The notes: generated by a model not told the origin, from the sequence alone. 64,000 nt of DNA from Candidatus Bathyarchaeota archaeon B26-2 (GCA_001593935.1 LUCE01000002.1:1290-65289), one strand, 5' to 3'. Counted from the stretch's first letter, positions 9,656 to 19,626 are shown. A program made the numbers and translations.

Positions 9656-10624
9656 CTAAGCTAGTTCTTGAAGGGCTCTCAGTCTCTTGACCATGTTCGG
9701 GTGGGTCGAGAAGAGTTCAGCTATCTTGTCGGCTCCTGTCAGTTTCCTCTTGAGGTACCTCTCGACGATCTCTCTGTCTCTCATGACCATGCCTACGCTC
9801 GACAACTCTCTTACGTCTCTTCCGGCGCTGTCTGGGTCGGAGATGAAGAGCGCCTTGAAGGAGCCTAGACTGTTGACCTTCGGGTGGAAACGTCTCACCC
9901 TCTCGGTTCTGTACGCTATCTTGGCGAGGGCTTCGGAGAGTTTACGGGCTCCGTCATCCACAACTGAGACGCTGTGGCGGTCTGCGTAATACTCACGCAG
10001 CCGGCTTAAGTAGAGCGTGAAGAGCGTTAAGACAAAGTATATGAGTATGCTCACGAGGCCGATGAGGACCGCCAAGCCTGCGTTGCCTCTCTCATCTCTT
10101 CTACTGAACTGGGCTGACCACATCAGTGAGTACCCGATGTAGTAGAAGAGCGCTGGAAGTATCGAGACGAACATCATTATCTGGACGTCTCTATGCCTCA
10201 AGTGGCCAAGCTCATGGCCTATGACCGCTTCAACCTCCTCATCCTCCAACGTGTTCAGCAGCTCGGTCGTGACGGCGATCCTGTTTCCGGTTAGCGGCGA
10301 CCCGTAAGCGAAAGCGTTGGGTATCGGTATACGGGCGATCATTACGTCGGGCATCTTTATGTTGCTTCTTCTGCAGAGCCTCTCAACCATCTCGTAGAGC
10401 TTCGGCCTCTCCTGCCTCGAGACTTTCTTAACGTGGTATAGGGCGTCGATCATGTACGGTGCTAAGAGCCATTGGAGCGTGTTGAAGAAGACGATGAAGA
10501 GCCCTATCGTTATTAGGTTAGTTACCCCAAGCAGGTTTAGGATAACCGTTAAGAAGAGCGTTGAGAGCCCGATTATCAGCCCAAGCGTCCCGATCATCGA
10601 GAGCTTTAACTTCAACAGGCTCAC
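9656..10624 (-). CDS. htpX: M48 zinc metalloprotease, HtpX-like
   Basis: Four hydrophobic segments plus HELGHLRHRD (HExxH). C-terminal STHPNMVKR. Confidence 0.85.
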   Translation of the reverse strand: MSLLKLKLSMIGTLGLIIGLSTLFLTVILNLLGVTNLITIGLFIVFFNTLQWLLAPYMIDALYHVKKVSRQERPKLYEMVERLCRRSNIKMPDVMIARIPIPNAFAYGSPLTGNRIAVTTELLNTLEDEEVEAVIGHELGHLRHRDVQIMMFVSILPALFYYIGYSLMWSAQFSRRDERGNAGLAVLIGLVSILIYFVLTLFTLYLSRLREYYADRHSVSVVDDGARKLSEALAKIAYRTERVRRFHPKVNSLGSFKALFISDPDSAGRDVRELSSVGMVMRDREIVERYLKRKLTGADKIAELFSTHPNMVKRLRALQELA

Positions 10625-10700
10625 GGCCGCTCACCAAAAGGATAGATTAATAAAGCTCCGTTATATCCTTTACTATAACCCTATTTTTTAAGAATATAAC

Positions 10701-10898
10701 TTATTTTCGCTTTCTAAACACTTTAACGCTCTCGACGTCACAGACATATTCAAAGCCAGCTTCGACAAGTTTACGGACTTCACTTCGACTGTGCCGAGCT
10801 AAATTTGTCTCCTCAAGGGAAATCAGCTGCATCCGTGATTTCGCTTTCTTCAAGAGGCATAGACGACCGAAGGATTGGGACCTTCCGTACGCCTCCAA
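10701..10898 (-). CDS. small ORF, possibly a gene remnant
   Basis: 65 aa ending EVRKLVEAGFEYVCDVESVKVFRKRK. The N-terminal half looks non-protein-like. Confidence 0.25.
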   Translation of the reverse strand: MEAYGRSQSFGRLCLLKKAKSRMQLISLEETNLARHSRSEVRKLVEAGFEYVCDVESVKVFRKRK

Positions 10899-10986
10899 TA
10901 AAGAGACTTACCTCTACTTGTTCTTCTCTTCAGTACGTATGGAAGTTGGTGAACCTTGGATGAAGGTAAACTGAACCCGGCGATTT

Positions 10987-11766
10987 TTATGGAAAGATTA
11001 TATCTTCCGGCCTGGTCACGATCTTTTCTAGGGTCGTGGCGTCTATTCGCCTCGCGTCTCCTTTGTATCTGTCAACTATGCCGCTGTCCTTAAATCGCCA
11101 TCTTATTCTCAAAGGGAACTTTGGCTTACAAGGTTTAATCTTCCCAATCCTCTTCATCGCTTCTTTTGCTCCCTCACGTATCATAGCTCGAGCCCTCTTC
11201 GGTGAGTACATCAACGCTCCCTCCCGACTCAACCCCGTCTTGACCTGCACGGTTACTATGTCGTCTCCGAGGAACTCTCTAGCCTCCTGAACTGTCTTAT
11301 CATCGCCGGTCACCATCAAGACAGGGATGTCGCATGAACCGAGCAGTATGGCGGTCTGGTATATCTCTCCAGCAGGCTTACCGTTTATCCAGTAGTTGTC
11401 CCACGTCAGACTGCTCTGTGTGTGGCAGAGCACTCCGCGTGGCGTGTGACTCATCGAGTGGTATCCGATGAGGAACGCACCGTCGAATCCTTGGCGTAGA
11501 ACGGCGTCGTACGGGCTGTAAACACCCATAACCATCTCAGCCCTCTCGTCGAGTTCTTCAGGGATAAAGCTCTTTGAGCCGTCGTGGCCGTCACGTACAA
11601 CAACGCGTGTTGCTCCACCTTCAAAGGCGCCGCAGACGGCTGCGTTGATCTCACCCATAAGGAGGCGGCGAGCCTCGAGGTTGGCAGGGGTTCCATACTG
11701 ACGAGTCTGCTCAAACCTATAAACTCCGCAGACACCTTCAAGATCGGTTGAGATGTAAATCCTCAT
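10987..11766 (-). CDS. M55 family D-aminopeptidase (DppA-like)
   Basis: MRIYISTDLEGVCGV start, GYHSMSHTPRGVLCHT and VLMVTGDD match B. subtilis DppA landmarks. Confidence 0.85.
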   Translation of the reverse strand: MRIYISTDLEGVCGVYRFEQTRQYGTPANLEARRLLMGEINAAVCGAFEGGATRVVVRDGHDGSKSFIPEELDERAEMVMGVYSPYDAVLRQGFDGAFLIGYHSMSHTPRGVLCHTQSSLTWDNYWINGKPAGEIYQTAILLGSCDIPVLMVTGDDKTVQEAREFLGDDIVTVQVKTGLSREGALMYSPKRARAMIREGAKEAMKRIGKIKPCKPKFPLRIRWRFKDSGIVDRYKGDARRIDATTLEKIVTRPEDIIFP

Positions 11767-11847
11767 CGTTCCTCACATTTAAGCCGTAATGCGACACCGC
11801 TTAAAAGCCTTCACATAAGGTTATATATAACTACACCATGGAGAAGA

Positions 11848-12741
11848 GTGAGGAAAAACCCGATGTTCATAGATATTCACGTCCATGTGAGAAGGATACC
11901 GGGTCCACCGCGTGGAAAGAAGCCCTCTTACTCCACGCCGGAGCAGCTCCTCGAACGTTACGACAAGATCGGAGTTGAGAGAGCTGTCCTGCTGCCGGGC
12001 GTAAACCCGGAATGTTCCTACGTGCCCCAGTCCAACGAGGAGGTAATCGAAATCGCTCAGATGTACCCTGACCGTTTCATTCCGTTTTGCAACGTCGATC
12101 CTAGAGCGATGACAAATTCGGCGGACGCTCCGCTGGGAGAGATCCTCAGGTTTTATCGTGACAAGGGCTGTAAGGGTATTGGCGAAGTCTGCGCCAACCT
12201 ACCTTTTCTCCACCCGATGGTTCAGAACCTCTTCAGACATGTTCAAGACGTCGGTTTTCCATTGACGTTCCACATCGCCCCGCAGATAGGTGGAGCCTAC
12301 GGCCTATACGACGACCCTGGACTACCGCAGCTGGAACGTTCTCTGAAGATGTTTCCTAAACTCAAGTTTCTCGGCCATTCACAACCGTTCTGGGCGGAGA
12401 TAGGTAAACTCGAGACGCCTGCCGACCGTTATGGATACCCAAAATACCCGATAAAGGAAGAGGGGGTAGTTCCCAAGTTGATGCGCCGCTACCCAAACCT
12501 CTATGGTGACCTTTCCGCCGGCAGCGGGTACAACGCTCTTGCCCGTGATCTAGACTACGCCGTCAAGTTCCTCAATGAGTTTCAGGACAGACTGCTCTTC
12601 GGCACAGATATAGCCTCCCCGGACACACCGACCCCCCTCGTCGACCTCCTCCTCGATCTGTACAAAAAGAGACGGATCAGCAAAGAAGTGTTCCAGAAGA
12701 TAGCGAGAGAGAACGCGATCAAACTGTTAGGTCTAGAATAG
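11848..12741 (+). CDS. amidohydrolase-2 family metal-dependent hydrolase
   Basis: FIDIHVHV near the N-terminus and LLFGTD near the C-terminus. Confidence 0.75.
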   Translation: MRKNPMFIDIHVHVRRIPGPPRGKKPSYSTPEQLLERYDKIGVERAVLLPGVNPECSYVPQSNEEVIEIAQMYPDRFIPFCNVDPRAMTNSADAPLGEILRFYRDKGCKGIGEVCANLPFLHPMVQNLFRHVQDVGFPLTFHIAPQIGGAYGLYDDPGLPQLERSLKMFPKLKFLGHSQPFWAEIGKLETPADRYGYPKYPIKEEGVVPKLMRRYPNLYGDLSAGSGYNALARDLDYAVKFLNEFQDRLLFGTDIASPDTPTPLVDLLLDLYKKRRISKEVFQKIARENAIKLLGLE

Positions 12742-12859
12742 AACACCTCTGTGTCCGTCAATAAGTGACGGAGAGGCCGTCTGCGCGGCCTATGCAAAAG
12801 AATAGTGGAAATGCTAATAAGAGAAGGCGGGAGAGCTCGTAGTTAGAGAGGGCTAAGTT

Positions 12860-13987
12860 ATGGAGGGGCCTAGAGATCTAAGAAGGGAGGAGATGCCCTC
12901 CCTCAAGCGTCTGACAGACATCTGTTTCTGGGAAGGTTTAGTGGACAAATATCCACAACTCTTCAACGAGGATAACCTCGAGAACCTGAGGGTGATCGTG
13001 GAGAAGGGTGAGGTTATATCTCATGTGGGCATGACCGAGCAGTGGGCCTCCATCTTCGGATGTCGGCTGCGTGTCGCCTGCATCGGAGCCGTCTGCACCC
13101 ACCCAGACTATAGGATGCAAGGGTTGGCTACAAGACTCTTCAGCGATGCTTGTGAGAAAGCCTATGCCGACGGAGTGGACTTCATGATGATCTCGGGAGG
13201 CCGCGGGTTATACCTACGAGCCGGTTGCAGGCCGATTGTGGGATGCGACTTTGAAGTGAGCGTTACACCGGAACACATCTCAAAGTTCTCAGACGAAGGG
13301 ATAACCGTTAAGCCGTGCAGCAGTAAGGACCTTCCAACAATATCTGCTATCTATCGGAGGGAGCCGGTGCGCTTCCTCAGGAGGATGGAAGACTACCAAC
13401 GAGCTTTCGTATGCCGGCATGTGATGGACAGAGAATCGGAGTTCCTCCTTATCACGAAGGGCGGTTCCCCAAGAGCCTACGCGATCTTGCCGCGTCCAAG
13501 CGAGGAGAAACCCAAGGTTCAGATAGGTGAATACGCAGGAGAGCGGGCCAGCCTAGTCAATGCTCTAGGTCCAATCCTTCAGCGTTACCGCGACTTGGAG
13601 GAGCTCGTTGTCCACATACTGGGATACGATGCCCTCCTGAAGTCTCTGATGGAGGAGAAGGGGCTTCAGCTTAGACCGAGCAACTCGGCTGGTACAGTTC
13701 GAATTATAAACTTTAGCCAGTTGATGGAGAGGTTGCGTCCATACTTTGAGGAGGTGATCGGCTACAAGGAGACGCGGAAGATCAGGTTTCTCGAGGAAGG
13801 AGGCCGCTTCATCATCGAGTACGGCGCAGACCGTGTGGTGATACCTGATCGATCGGATGCTGTTCAGTTGATCTTCGGCAGCAAGGACGCTCCGATGGAA
13901 CCTTTGTTAGCCGGCGGCAAAGCAGGTGAGATCCTCCGGGAGGTTCTTCCTGTTCCGCTTCCTTGGTACGGAATCAACTTCGTCTGA
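12860..13987 (+). CDS. GNAT family N-acetyltransferase (Eis-like, extended C-terminus)
   Basis: Acetyl-CoA motif RMQGLATRLFSDACEKA. At 375 aa it is larger than a minimal GNAT. Confidence 0.65.
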   Translation: MEGPRDLRREEMPSLKRLTDICFWEGLVDKYPQLFNEDNLENLRVIVEKGEVISHVGMTEQWASIFGCRLRVACIGAVCTHPDYRMQGLATRLFSDACEKAYADGVDFMMISGGRGLYLRAGCRPIVGCDFEVSVTPEHISKFSDEGITVKPCSSKDLPTISAIYRREPVRFLRRMEDYQRAFVCRHVMDRESEFLLITKGGSPRAYAILPRPSEEKPKVQIGEYAGERASLVNALGPILQRYRDLEELVVHILGYDALLKSLMEEKGLQLRPSNSAGTVRIINFSQLMERLRPYFEEVIGYKETRKIRFLEEGGRFIIEYGADRVVIPDRSDAVQLIFGSKDAPMEPLLAGGKAGEILREVLPVPLPWYGINFV

Positions 13988-14093
13988 GAAAAAAGGGACC
14001 TCGGTTAAGCCTCAAGGTTCTGTAAAAAGATATTTAGGCTGATCGACTATTCTATCCCGTTTCTCCGGGAGGACCCTTTGAGGCGGAGAATCT

Positions 14094-14690
14094 TTGGGCT
14101 TAAACCTAGAGTTTGAGGTCCCGTCTTGGGACGAGATATACTGTATGCTCTTAAGCCTAGCCGAGAGGATTCGTAGAGAGGGGTTTCAGCCTGACGTCAT
14201 AGTGGGAGTTTCTCGTGGAGGATGGCCTCCTGCCAGAGTTATGTCAGACCTTTTGGAGAACCCGGAGCTCGCCAACGTTAGGGTTGAGTTCTACACTGGG
14301 GTGGCCGAGACCAAGAGTAAGCCCGTGATAACTCAGCCGCTCTCGGTTCCCGTGAAGGGTAGGAGGGTCCTTATAATGGACGATGTAGCTGACACCGGTA
14401 AGAGCCTCCTCCTCGTGAGGGACCACGTGAAGGAGAACGGGGCTGCAGAGATCAAACTGGCTACGATCTATTATAAGCCTTGGAGCGTAATAACGCCGGA
14501 CTACTACATCAAGGAGACGAGGGCGTGGATCGTCTTCCCTTGGGAGCGCAAAGAGACTGTGAGGAACATGGTTAAAAGGTGCAGAATGAGAGGGACTTCC
14601 TTGGAGGAGGTCAAGCAGAGGCTGATAGAGGGAGGCTTCGACCGGAGGCTACTAGAGAGATTCATCCAGGAGGTCTTCGAAGAGGGCTGA
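14094..14690 (+). CDS. purine phosphoribosyltransferase (type I PRT)
   Basis: PRPP-binding motif VLIMDDVADTGKSL. Confidence 0.8.
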   Translation: MGLNLEFEVPSWDEIYCMLLSLAERIRREGFQPDVIVGVSRGGWPPARVMSDLLENPELANVRVEFYTGVAETKSKPVITQPLSVPVKGRRVLIMDDVADTGKSLLLVRDHVKENGAAEIKLATIYYKPWSVITPDYYIKETRAWIVFPWERKETVRNMVKRCRMRGTSLEEVKQRLIEGGFDRRLLERFIQEVFEEG

Positions 14691-14693
14691 GAG

Positions 14694-15254
14694 ATGGAGG
14701 CGGAGATACTTAACAGATACATCATAATGACGGGCTTCGAGAGCTCTAAGATAAAGGATGTGGAAGCCCTCCTAAGAGGGATGCAGAAGAAGGTCGGTGG
14801 CCGAGGTTACATCCAGCTCCTAGACGCTAGGCTGGTAGCCGGTCCCGAACACCTTTACTTCGCCACGTTAAACGCTTTGAAGGCCTTCGAGAGAGGGTTC
14901 AACATCTCGAGAAACCTGGCTGTTGAGGTTCTCCTCTTCGCATCGGCCCAGCATCAGATCGATAAGGCTATAGAGTTAATCGGGATAAAGCCAGGCCTCT
15001 CGGATGTGGCCGTTGTAGTGATCGCTGACAGCCGTTCTGAAGCCGTTAAGATACTTGAGGAAGCCTCAAGGATGCTCTCGGGTAAGAGGAGGGACAGCGT
15101 ACTCAACATGAACGAGAAGAAGGCTGAAGCCATAAAGGAAGCCTTCAAGATAACAGACCTCGAGGTCGAGGCAGCCTCGAGGGATGTTCCTACAACAGAG
15201 ACTTTGACTAGTCTCGTAATCGAGAGGATGGCCCTACTCCCGGCGAAGCGTTGA
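14694..15254 (+). CDS. cgi121: KEOPS complex subunit Cgi121
   Basis: QLLDARLVAGPEHLYFATLNALKAFERGFNISRNLAVEVLLFASAQHQIDKAIELIGIK matches the Cgi121 core as I remember it. It starts 3 nt after the PRT stop. Confidence 0.7.
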   Translation: MEAEILNRYIIMTGFESSKIKDVEALLRGMQKKVGGRGYIQLLDARLVAGPEHLYFATLNALKAFERGFNISRNLAVEVLLFASAQHQIDKAIELIGIKPGLSDVAVVVIADSRSEAVKILEEASRMLSGKRRDSVLNMNEKKAEAIKEAFKITDLEVEAASRDVPTTETLTSLVIERMALLPAKR

Positions 15255-15264
15255 ATCTTGCCTT

Positions 15265-15789
15265 TTAACGTCTCTCCTTAACCACGGAGAGGATGTCCTC
15301 AGGCCTAATCACGGAGATTCCTGTTAGGCCTCCCAAGACCTCGATGAGGACTATCTTATCCGGGTTCTCGAGGTCAACCTTCCGGTCTATGGGCGCCGCA
15401 GCAGCCTCTATTATCTTCCTACTTGAGAGTTCTGTATGCCTCTTCTCCACGGTCACCCGAAAGGTCTCGTCCTCGAGTATCTTCTCGGAGAGCCTCTCAA
15501 CGGTCTCCCTAATCTCATCTAGGTTCGTCCGAACAACGGTCTCTATCGGGATCACCCTGGATATGTAACGGAACTCGTAAGGCCGCTCGGATAGGACCGC
15601 TCTAAGCCTCCTGACGACGTCGAAGGGGTTGAGCTTGGTCTTCGCGGCGACGAGGCCCAAGACACCGGTCTTCTCCACGATGGATTCCCGGTCTCCAAGT
15701 TCACCTAAGAGGAACCATGCCTCGGAGCAAGCCTCATCCTCGTTTCCCCTAGAGGTTGTAATCAGAAGGTTGAAGTCCGTTAAGGGCAT
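15265..15789 (-). CDS. stand-alone THUMP-domain protein (Tan1-like)
   Basis: FNLLITTSRGNE...RVIPIE...FRVTVEKR...VDLENPDKIVLIEV pattern. The ATG at 15789 is preceded by GGGTGGTG. Confidence 0.6.
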   Translation of the reverse strand: MPLTDFNLLITTSRGNEDEACSEAWFLLGELGDRESIVEKTGVLGLVAAKTKLNPFDVVRRLRAVLSERPYEFRYISRVIPIETVVRTNLDEIRETVERLSEKILEDETFRVTVEKRHTELSSRKIIEAAAAPIDRKVDLENPDKIVLIEVLGGLTGISVIRPEDILSVVKERR

Positions 15790-15934
15790 AACCAACACCA
15801 CCCAGAAGCCACTATACACCCTTTAAAAAGTCTAGGATAACCTTTATACTTATCGGGTTTAAAGGGCTGGGCAACCCGGATCTATGGTCCGGGCCCCAGA
15901 CCCCACAATCTGGCTGAGGGCCTAAACTTTCCCC

Positions 15935-16915
15935 TTATCTCTTGAACACGAGTCCCTTCTGTTCAGGGATGGGGTTGGGCGGAACCTTACCCATGAGGAC
16001 GCTTCTGATGTTCTTGACGTCCATCTCGGCCATCCGTCGTCTCGTCTCCGCAGCGGCCGAACCTATATGCGGTGTCAAGATCACGTTGTTCAGCTTGATT
16101 AGAGGACTGTCGAGCGGTAGAGGCTCCTCGGTGAAGACGTCTAAGGCCGCCCCGGCGATCCAGCCTTCTATAAGAGCCTTGTAGAGGGCGTCTTCGTCGA
16201 TGATTGGACCCCTAGAAGTATTCACGAGGTAGGACGTCTCCTTCATGGCCTTAAGTTCCCTCTCACCTATGAGACCCCTTGTGGCATCCATCAAGGGGAC
16301 GTGCAACGTGACGAAGTCGGACGTCTTGAGTAGAGAATTGAAGTCCGCGTAGCTGACTCCTAAGTTTCTCTCGAGATTCTCCCTCCTTATAACATCGTAG
16401 TAGGTTATTCTCATATTGAAGGCCTTAGCCTTGCGGGCTACGGAGCTGCCTATCCGACCTAACCCTATGATTCCGAGAACCTTCCCGGAGAGGTCGACTC
16501 CCAATGGAAACTTTAGGCTTCCAGGCTTAGCCCACTCGGTCCGGACGTAACGGTCAGCCTGCAGTATCTTCCTCGCCAAGCAGATGATCAACCCCATCGT
16601 TAGGTCGGCGACGGTGTCTGAGAGGGCGTTAGGCGTATATGTTACGTAGATTCCCCTCTTGGTGCATTCTTCGACATCGACGTTGTCGTAACCGACGCCG
16701 AATCGGGCTACAACTTTGAGCTTCGGGGCGTTCTCTAGGAGCTCCCTGTCCACGGGGGTTACGCCGGCAACCAGCGCCTCGACGTCCCTCAGCTCCTCTA
16801 GGAGTTCTTCTCGGCTCTCGAAGGGTCCGAAACCAACATCCGCTACATCATTTAGGCTCATGAAGACGTCTTTAGGCCAGTCTACTAGGATAAGCACCTT
16901 GGGCTTCATGTTCAC
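15935..16915 (-). CDS. D-isomer-specific 2-hydroxyacid dehydrogenase (glyoxylate/hydroxypyruvate reductase-like)
   Basis: NAD motif GIIGLGRIGSSVA and catalytic-region LVNTSRG...TPHIGSA. Confidence 0.85.
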   Translation of the reverse strand: MNMKPKVLILVDWPKDVFMSLNDVADVGFGPFESREELLEELRDVEALVAGVTPVDRELLENAPKLKVVARFGVGYDNVDVEECTKRGIYVTYTPNALSDTVADLTMGLIICLARKILQADRYVRTEWAKPGSLKFPLGVDLSGKVLGIIGLGRIGSSVARKAKAFNMRITYYDVIRRENLERNLGVSYADFNSLLKTSDFVTLHVPLMDATRGLIGERELKAMKETSYLVNTSRGPIIDEDALYKALIEGWIAGAALDVFTEEPLPLDSPLIKLNNVILTPHIGSAAAETRRRMAEMDVKNIRSVLMGKVPPNPIPEQKGLVFKR

Positions 16916-17231
16916 ACCGAAACGGGTTTAATGACGCTGAGCAATAAAAGGTTAACCATTATGAAGAGTTTAGGACAGGTGTGGTCAGCGCAGGCCAGTC
17001 ATCGACGGAAGCTGTCATAGCCAGAGAGGCTCCAAGCCGACGCCACACATCATCCCAATAAACCCATACTCGAACTCCTTATTTATCTATTTTCTAAGTT
17101 GAAAAAAGGTATATCAACCCTAAAGATCACGATTCTGTCGACGGTTATACCCATTAGACACCGAACATGTTTATTAGATCCTTTACGTCCTAATCTTATT
17201 CTAAGAGGAAGCCTAGACGAGGGAACGAACC

Positions 17232-19013
17232 ATCAGAGTCGCTGTCCTAGACAAGGATCGATGCAAACCGAAGCGTTGCGGTAGGGTATGCTATAGGTTC
17301 TGCCCGATGGTTAGGAGCAGGGTTGAGGCCATCCGGTTTGAGGATGAGAAGCCTATGATTTCGGAGGTCCTATGCACTGGGTGCGGCATCTGTGTCAAGA
17401 AGTGTCCCTTCAAGGCGATCTCGATAGTCAACCTCCCGGACGAGCTTGAGGGTGAGTGCAGCCATAGGTTCGGTCCCAACGCCTTCAAACTCTTCCGTCT
17501 ACCGACGCCATCCCCCGGCGTCGTTCTCGGTCTGCTTGGTAAGAACGGGACAGGGAAGACAACTGCCTTGAAAGTACTTTCAGGGGAGTTGAAGCCGAAT
17601 TTGGGGGAATACGTGAACCCGCCGGCGTGGGACGAGATAATCGAACATTACAGGGGTTCAACCCTCCAAGCGTACTTTCAGGGTATAGCCGAAGGAAGCC
17701 TCAAGGTTGCTCACAAGCCTCAGTACGTCGATAAGATTCCACGGGTCGTCGAGGGCGAGGTTGGAGAAATCCTTGAGAAGATCGACGAGCGGGGTCGTCT
17801 CAAGAAGATCTCCAAGCATCTTCAGCTCGACGTGGTCTGGGAGAGAAGGCTTAACGTCTTGAGCGGAGGTGAACTTCAACGGGTCGCCATAGCAGCTGCT
17901 CTCTGTAGAGACGCTGACGTCTACCTCTTCGATGAACCATCGAGTTACTTAGACGTCGAGCAACGCATCAGAGCTGCCAAGGCGATAAGAAGCCTTAAGG
18001 ACGATGGGAAGACCGTCATCGTAGCCGAGCATGACTTAGCAGTCTTAGACTATCTCTCGGACCAAGTCTGCGTCTTCTATGGGGAACCTGGGGTCTACGG
18101 GATAGTCTCGCACGTTCACGGCGTTAGGGTCGGCATAAACATCTACTTAGACGGGTACATCCCAGACGAGAACGTCCGGTTCAGGAGAGAACCTATACTC
18201 TTCCACGTGAAGCCTCCGACTCCCGAGCTCATGGCGGGAGAGCCTCTCATAGTTTGGGAGGAGATGGAGAAGACCTATGAGGGTTTCAAGCTGACCGTCA
18301 CGGGGGGCGAGGTTAGGAGAGGCCAAGTGATAGGAATCCTAGGGCCGAACGGAATCGGTAAGACGACCTTCGTTAAGCTCTTAGCCGGGATAGAGAAACC
18401 AGACGCCGGAGAGCCTCCAATCGAGTCAAATGGCTTAGAGGTGAGTTACAAGCCTCAGTACATCTCAACGGACTTCGAGGGAACTGTGGAAGAACTCTTA
18501 AGGGCAGTGTCTAAGGAATACTTCACGTCGAGCTGGTACAGAAGCCAGATCATCCGTCCCCTCAACGTGGAATCTCTCTTAGATAGAAACGTAGGTGAGC
18601 TGAGCGGCGGTGAACTCCAGAGGGTCGCTGTAGCTGCGTGCCTCTCAAGAAAGGCTGACATATACCTCTTAGACGAGCCGAGCGCCTATCTAGACGTGGA
18701 GGAGCGCCTATCCACAGCCAAGACGATAAGGCGGGTCGTAGAGGAACACGGCTCAGCAGCATTCGTCGTCGAACACGACATCATAACCCAAGACTTCACA
18801 GCCGACCGCCTCATGATCTTCACGGGAAAGCCGGGGGTTCACGGAAGAGCGAACGAACCGACGAACCTACGGGAAGGGATGAACCTCTTCCTCAAGGAGA
18901 TGGGAATAACCTTCAGAAGAGATCCAAAGACGAAGAGGCCTAGAGTGAACAAGGAAGGCTCAAGGCTCGACAAACACCAGAAAGCGACGGGTCAATATTA
19001 TTACATTGAATGA
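17232..19013 (+). CDS. abce1: ABCE1 (RNase L inhibitor-type ribosome recycling ATPase)
   Basis: Two Fe-S motifs (CKPKRCGRVCYRFCP and CTGCGICVKKCP). Two ABC cassettes with Walker A GKNGTGKT and GPNGIGKT, and LSGGELQR twice. The 5' end is set by homology at ATC 17232, because the first ATG (17307) would delete the first cluster. Confidence 0.9.
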   Translation: MRVAVLDKDRCKPKRCGRVCYRFCPMVRSRVEAIRFEDEKPMISEVLCTGCGICVKKCPFKAISIVNLPDELEGECSHRFGPNAFKLFRLPTPSPGVVLGLLGKNGTGKTTALKVLSGELKPNLGEYVNPPAWDEIIEHYRGSTLQAYFQGIAEGSLKVAHKPQYVDKIPRVVEGEVGEILEKIDERGRLKKISKHLQLDVVWERRLNVLSGGELQRVAIAAALCRDADVYLFDEPSSYLDVEQRIRAAKAIRSLKDDGKTVIVAEHDLAVLDYLSDQVCVFYGEPGVYGIVSHVHGVRVGINIYLDGYIPDENVRFRREPILFHVKPPTPELMAGEPLIVWEEMEKTYEGFKLTVTGGEVRRGQVIGILGPNGIGKTTFVKLLAGIEKPDAGEPPIESNGLEVSYKPQYISTDFEGTVEELLRAVSKEYFTSSWYRSQIIRPLNVESLLDRNVGELSGGELQRVAVAACLSRKADIYLLDEPSAYLDVEERLSTAKTIRRVVEEHGSAAFVVEHDIITQDFTADRLMIFTGKPGVHGRANEPTNLREGMNLFLKEMGITFRRDPKTKRPRVNKEGSRLDKHQKATGQYYYIE

Positions 19014-19087
19014 GGTGTAGTCCATCCGTAACGCCTCGGACTGCGGCTACTCCTTTCATAAAAAGAGGGAAACTTTCGTTTCTTTCA

Positions 19088-19573
19088 TCAATTGATGTAA
19101 GATAGATTCGACCTTTCAAAGTCCTTTATCAGTTCTAGTTCGATGTCTTGACCACTCGGCTGTAACTCTGACGGAGGTATCTTGAGAGATGGAGGAGCAG
19201 TCGCGAACTTGGTAGCGGGATGGTCTGCTCCAAAGGTCTTCCTACTTATCTCTTGTACAAGGCTTCTCACATGTTGTTCATTTAGGTAACCCAAAGAGTG
19301 TAGGTACTCGTGTAGTAGTAGCACGAAGATGTAGGAGTTCAACTCTGTTGCTGAGTTGACCGCGACCAATCTGATTAGCCTTTTGTTCAGAACTATCCCG
19401 TTTGAGCCAACTCCATAGAAGGCTCCCACGTGAAGGGGAAGGTTGCCCAAATAAAGCATCAATCCAGCTCTTTCTCTTCCGATATTCTGTTTTACAGCTC
19501 TCTTCACCAAGACGAATACGTCTCCATAGTCTTTGCATCTCTCAAGTTCTTCTCGGAAGGAACGTGAACTCAC
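19088..19573 (-). CDS. hypothetical protein with HExxH motif (putative small metallopeptidase)
   Basis: VLLLHEYLHSLG. GTG start preceded by GGTGA. 53 nt downstream of hsp20. Confidence 0.4.
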   Translation of the reverse strand: MSSRSFREELERCKDYGDVFVLVKRAVKQNIGRERAGLMLYLGNLPLHVGAFYGVGSNGIVLNKRLIRLVAVNSATELNSYIFVLLLHEYLHSLGYLNEQHVRSLVQEISRKTFGADHPATKFATAPPSLKIPPSELQPSGQDIELELIKDFERSNLSYIN

Positions 19574-19626
19574 ATCTTTTCACCTTTTTGTTCGATATCC
19601 CATTAAAAAAGAGGAGAATAGGTGGT

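Noticed and set aside
16979-17056. C/D-box sRNA-like elements on the minus strand (AUGAUGU ... UCGAUGA ... CUGA) in the 315-bp gyaR/ABCE1 spacer
   Set aside because: The C box is imperfect and the D' is poor (UGGA). The D'-to-C' distance is about 25 nt and the guide spacers do not fit the 10-12-nt archaeal rule. The flanking TGTGG/CCACA complementarity is in the wrong topology for a k-turn. A covariance-model scan would settle it.
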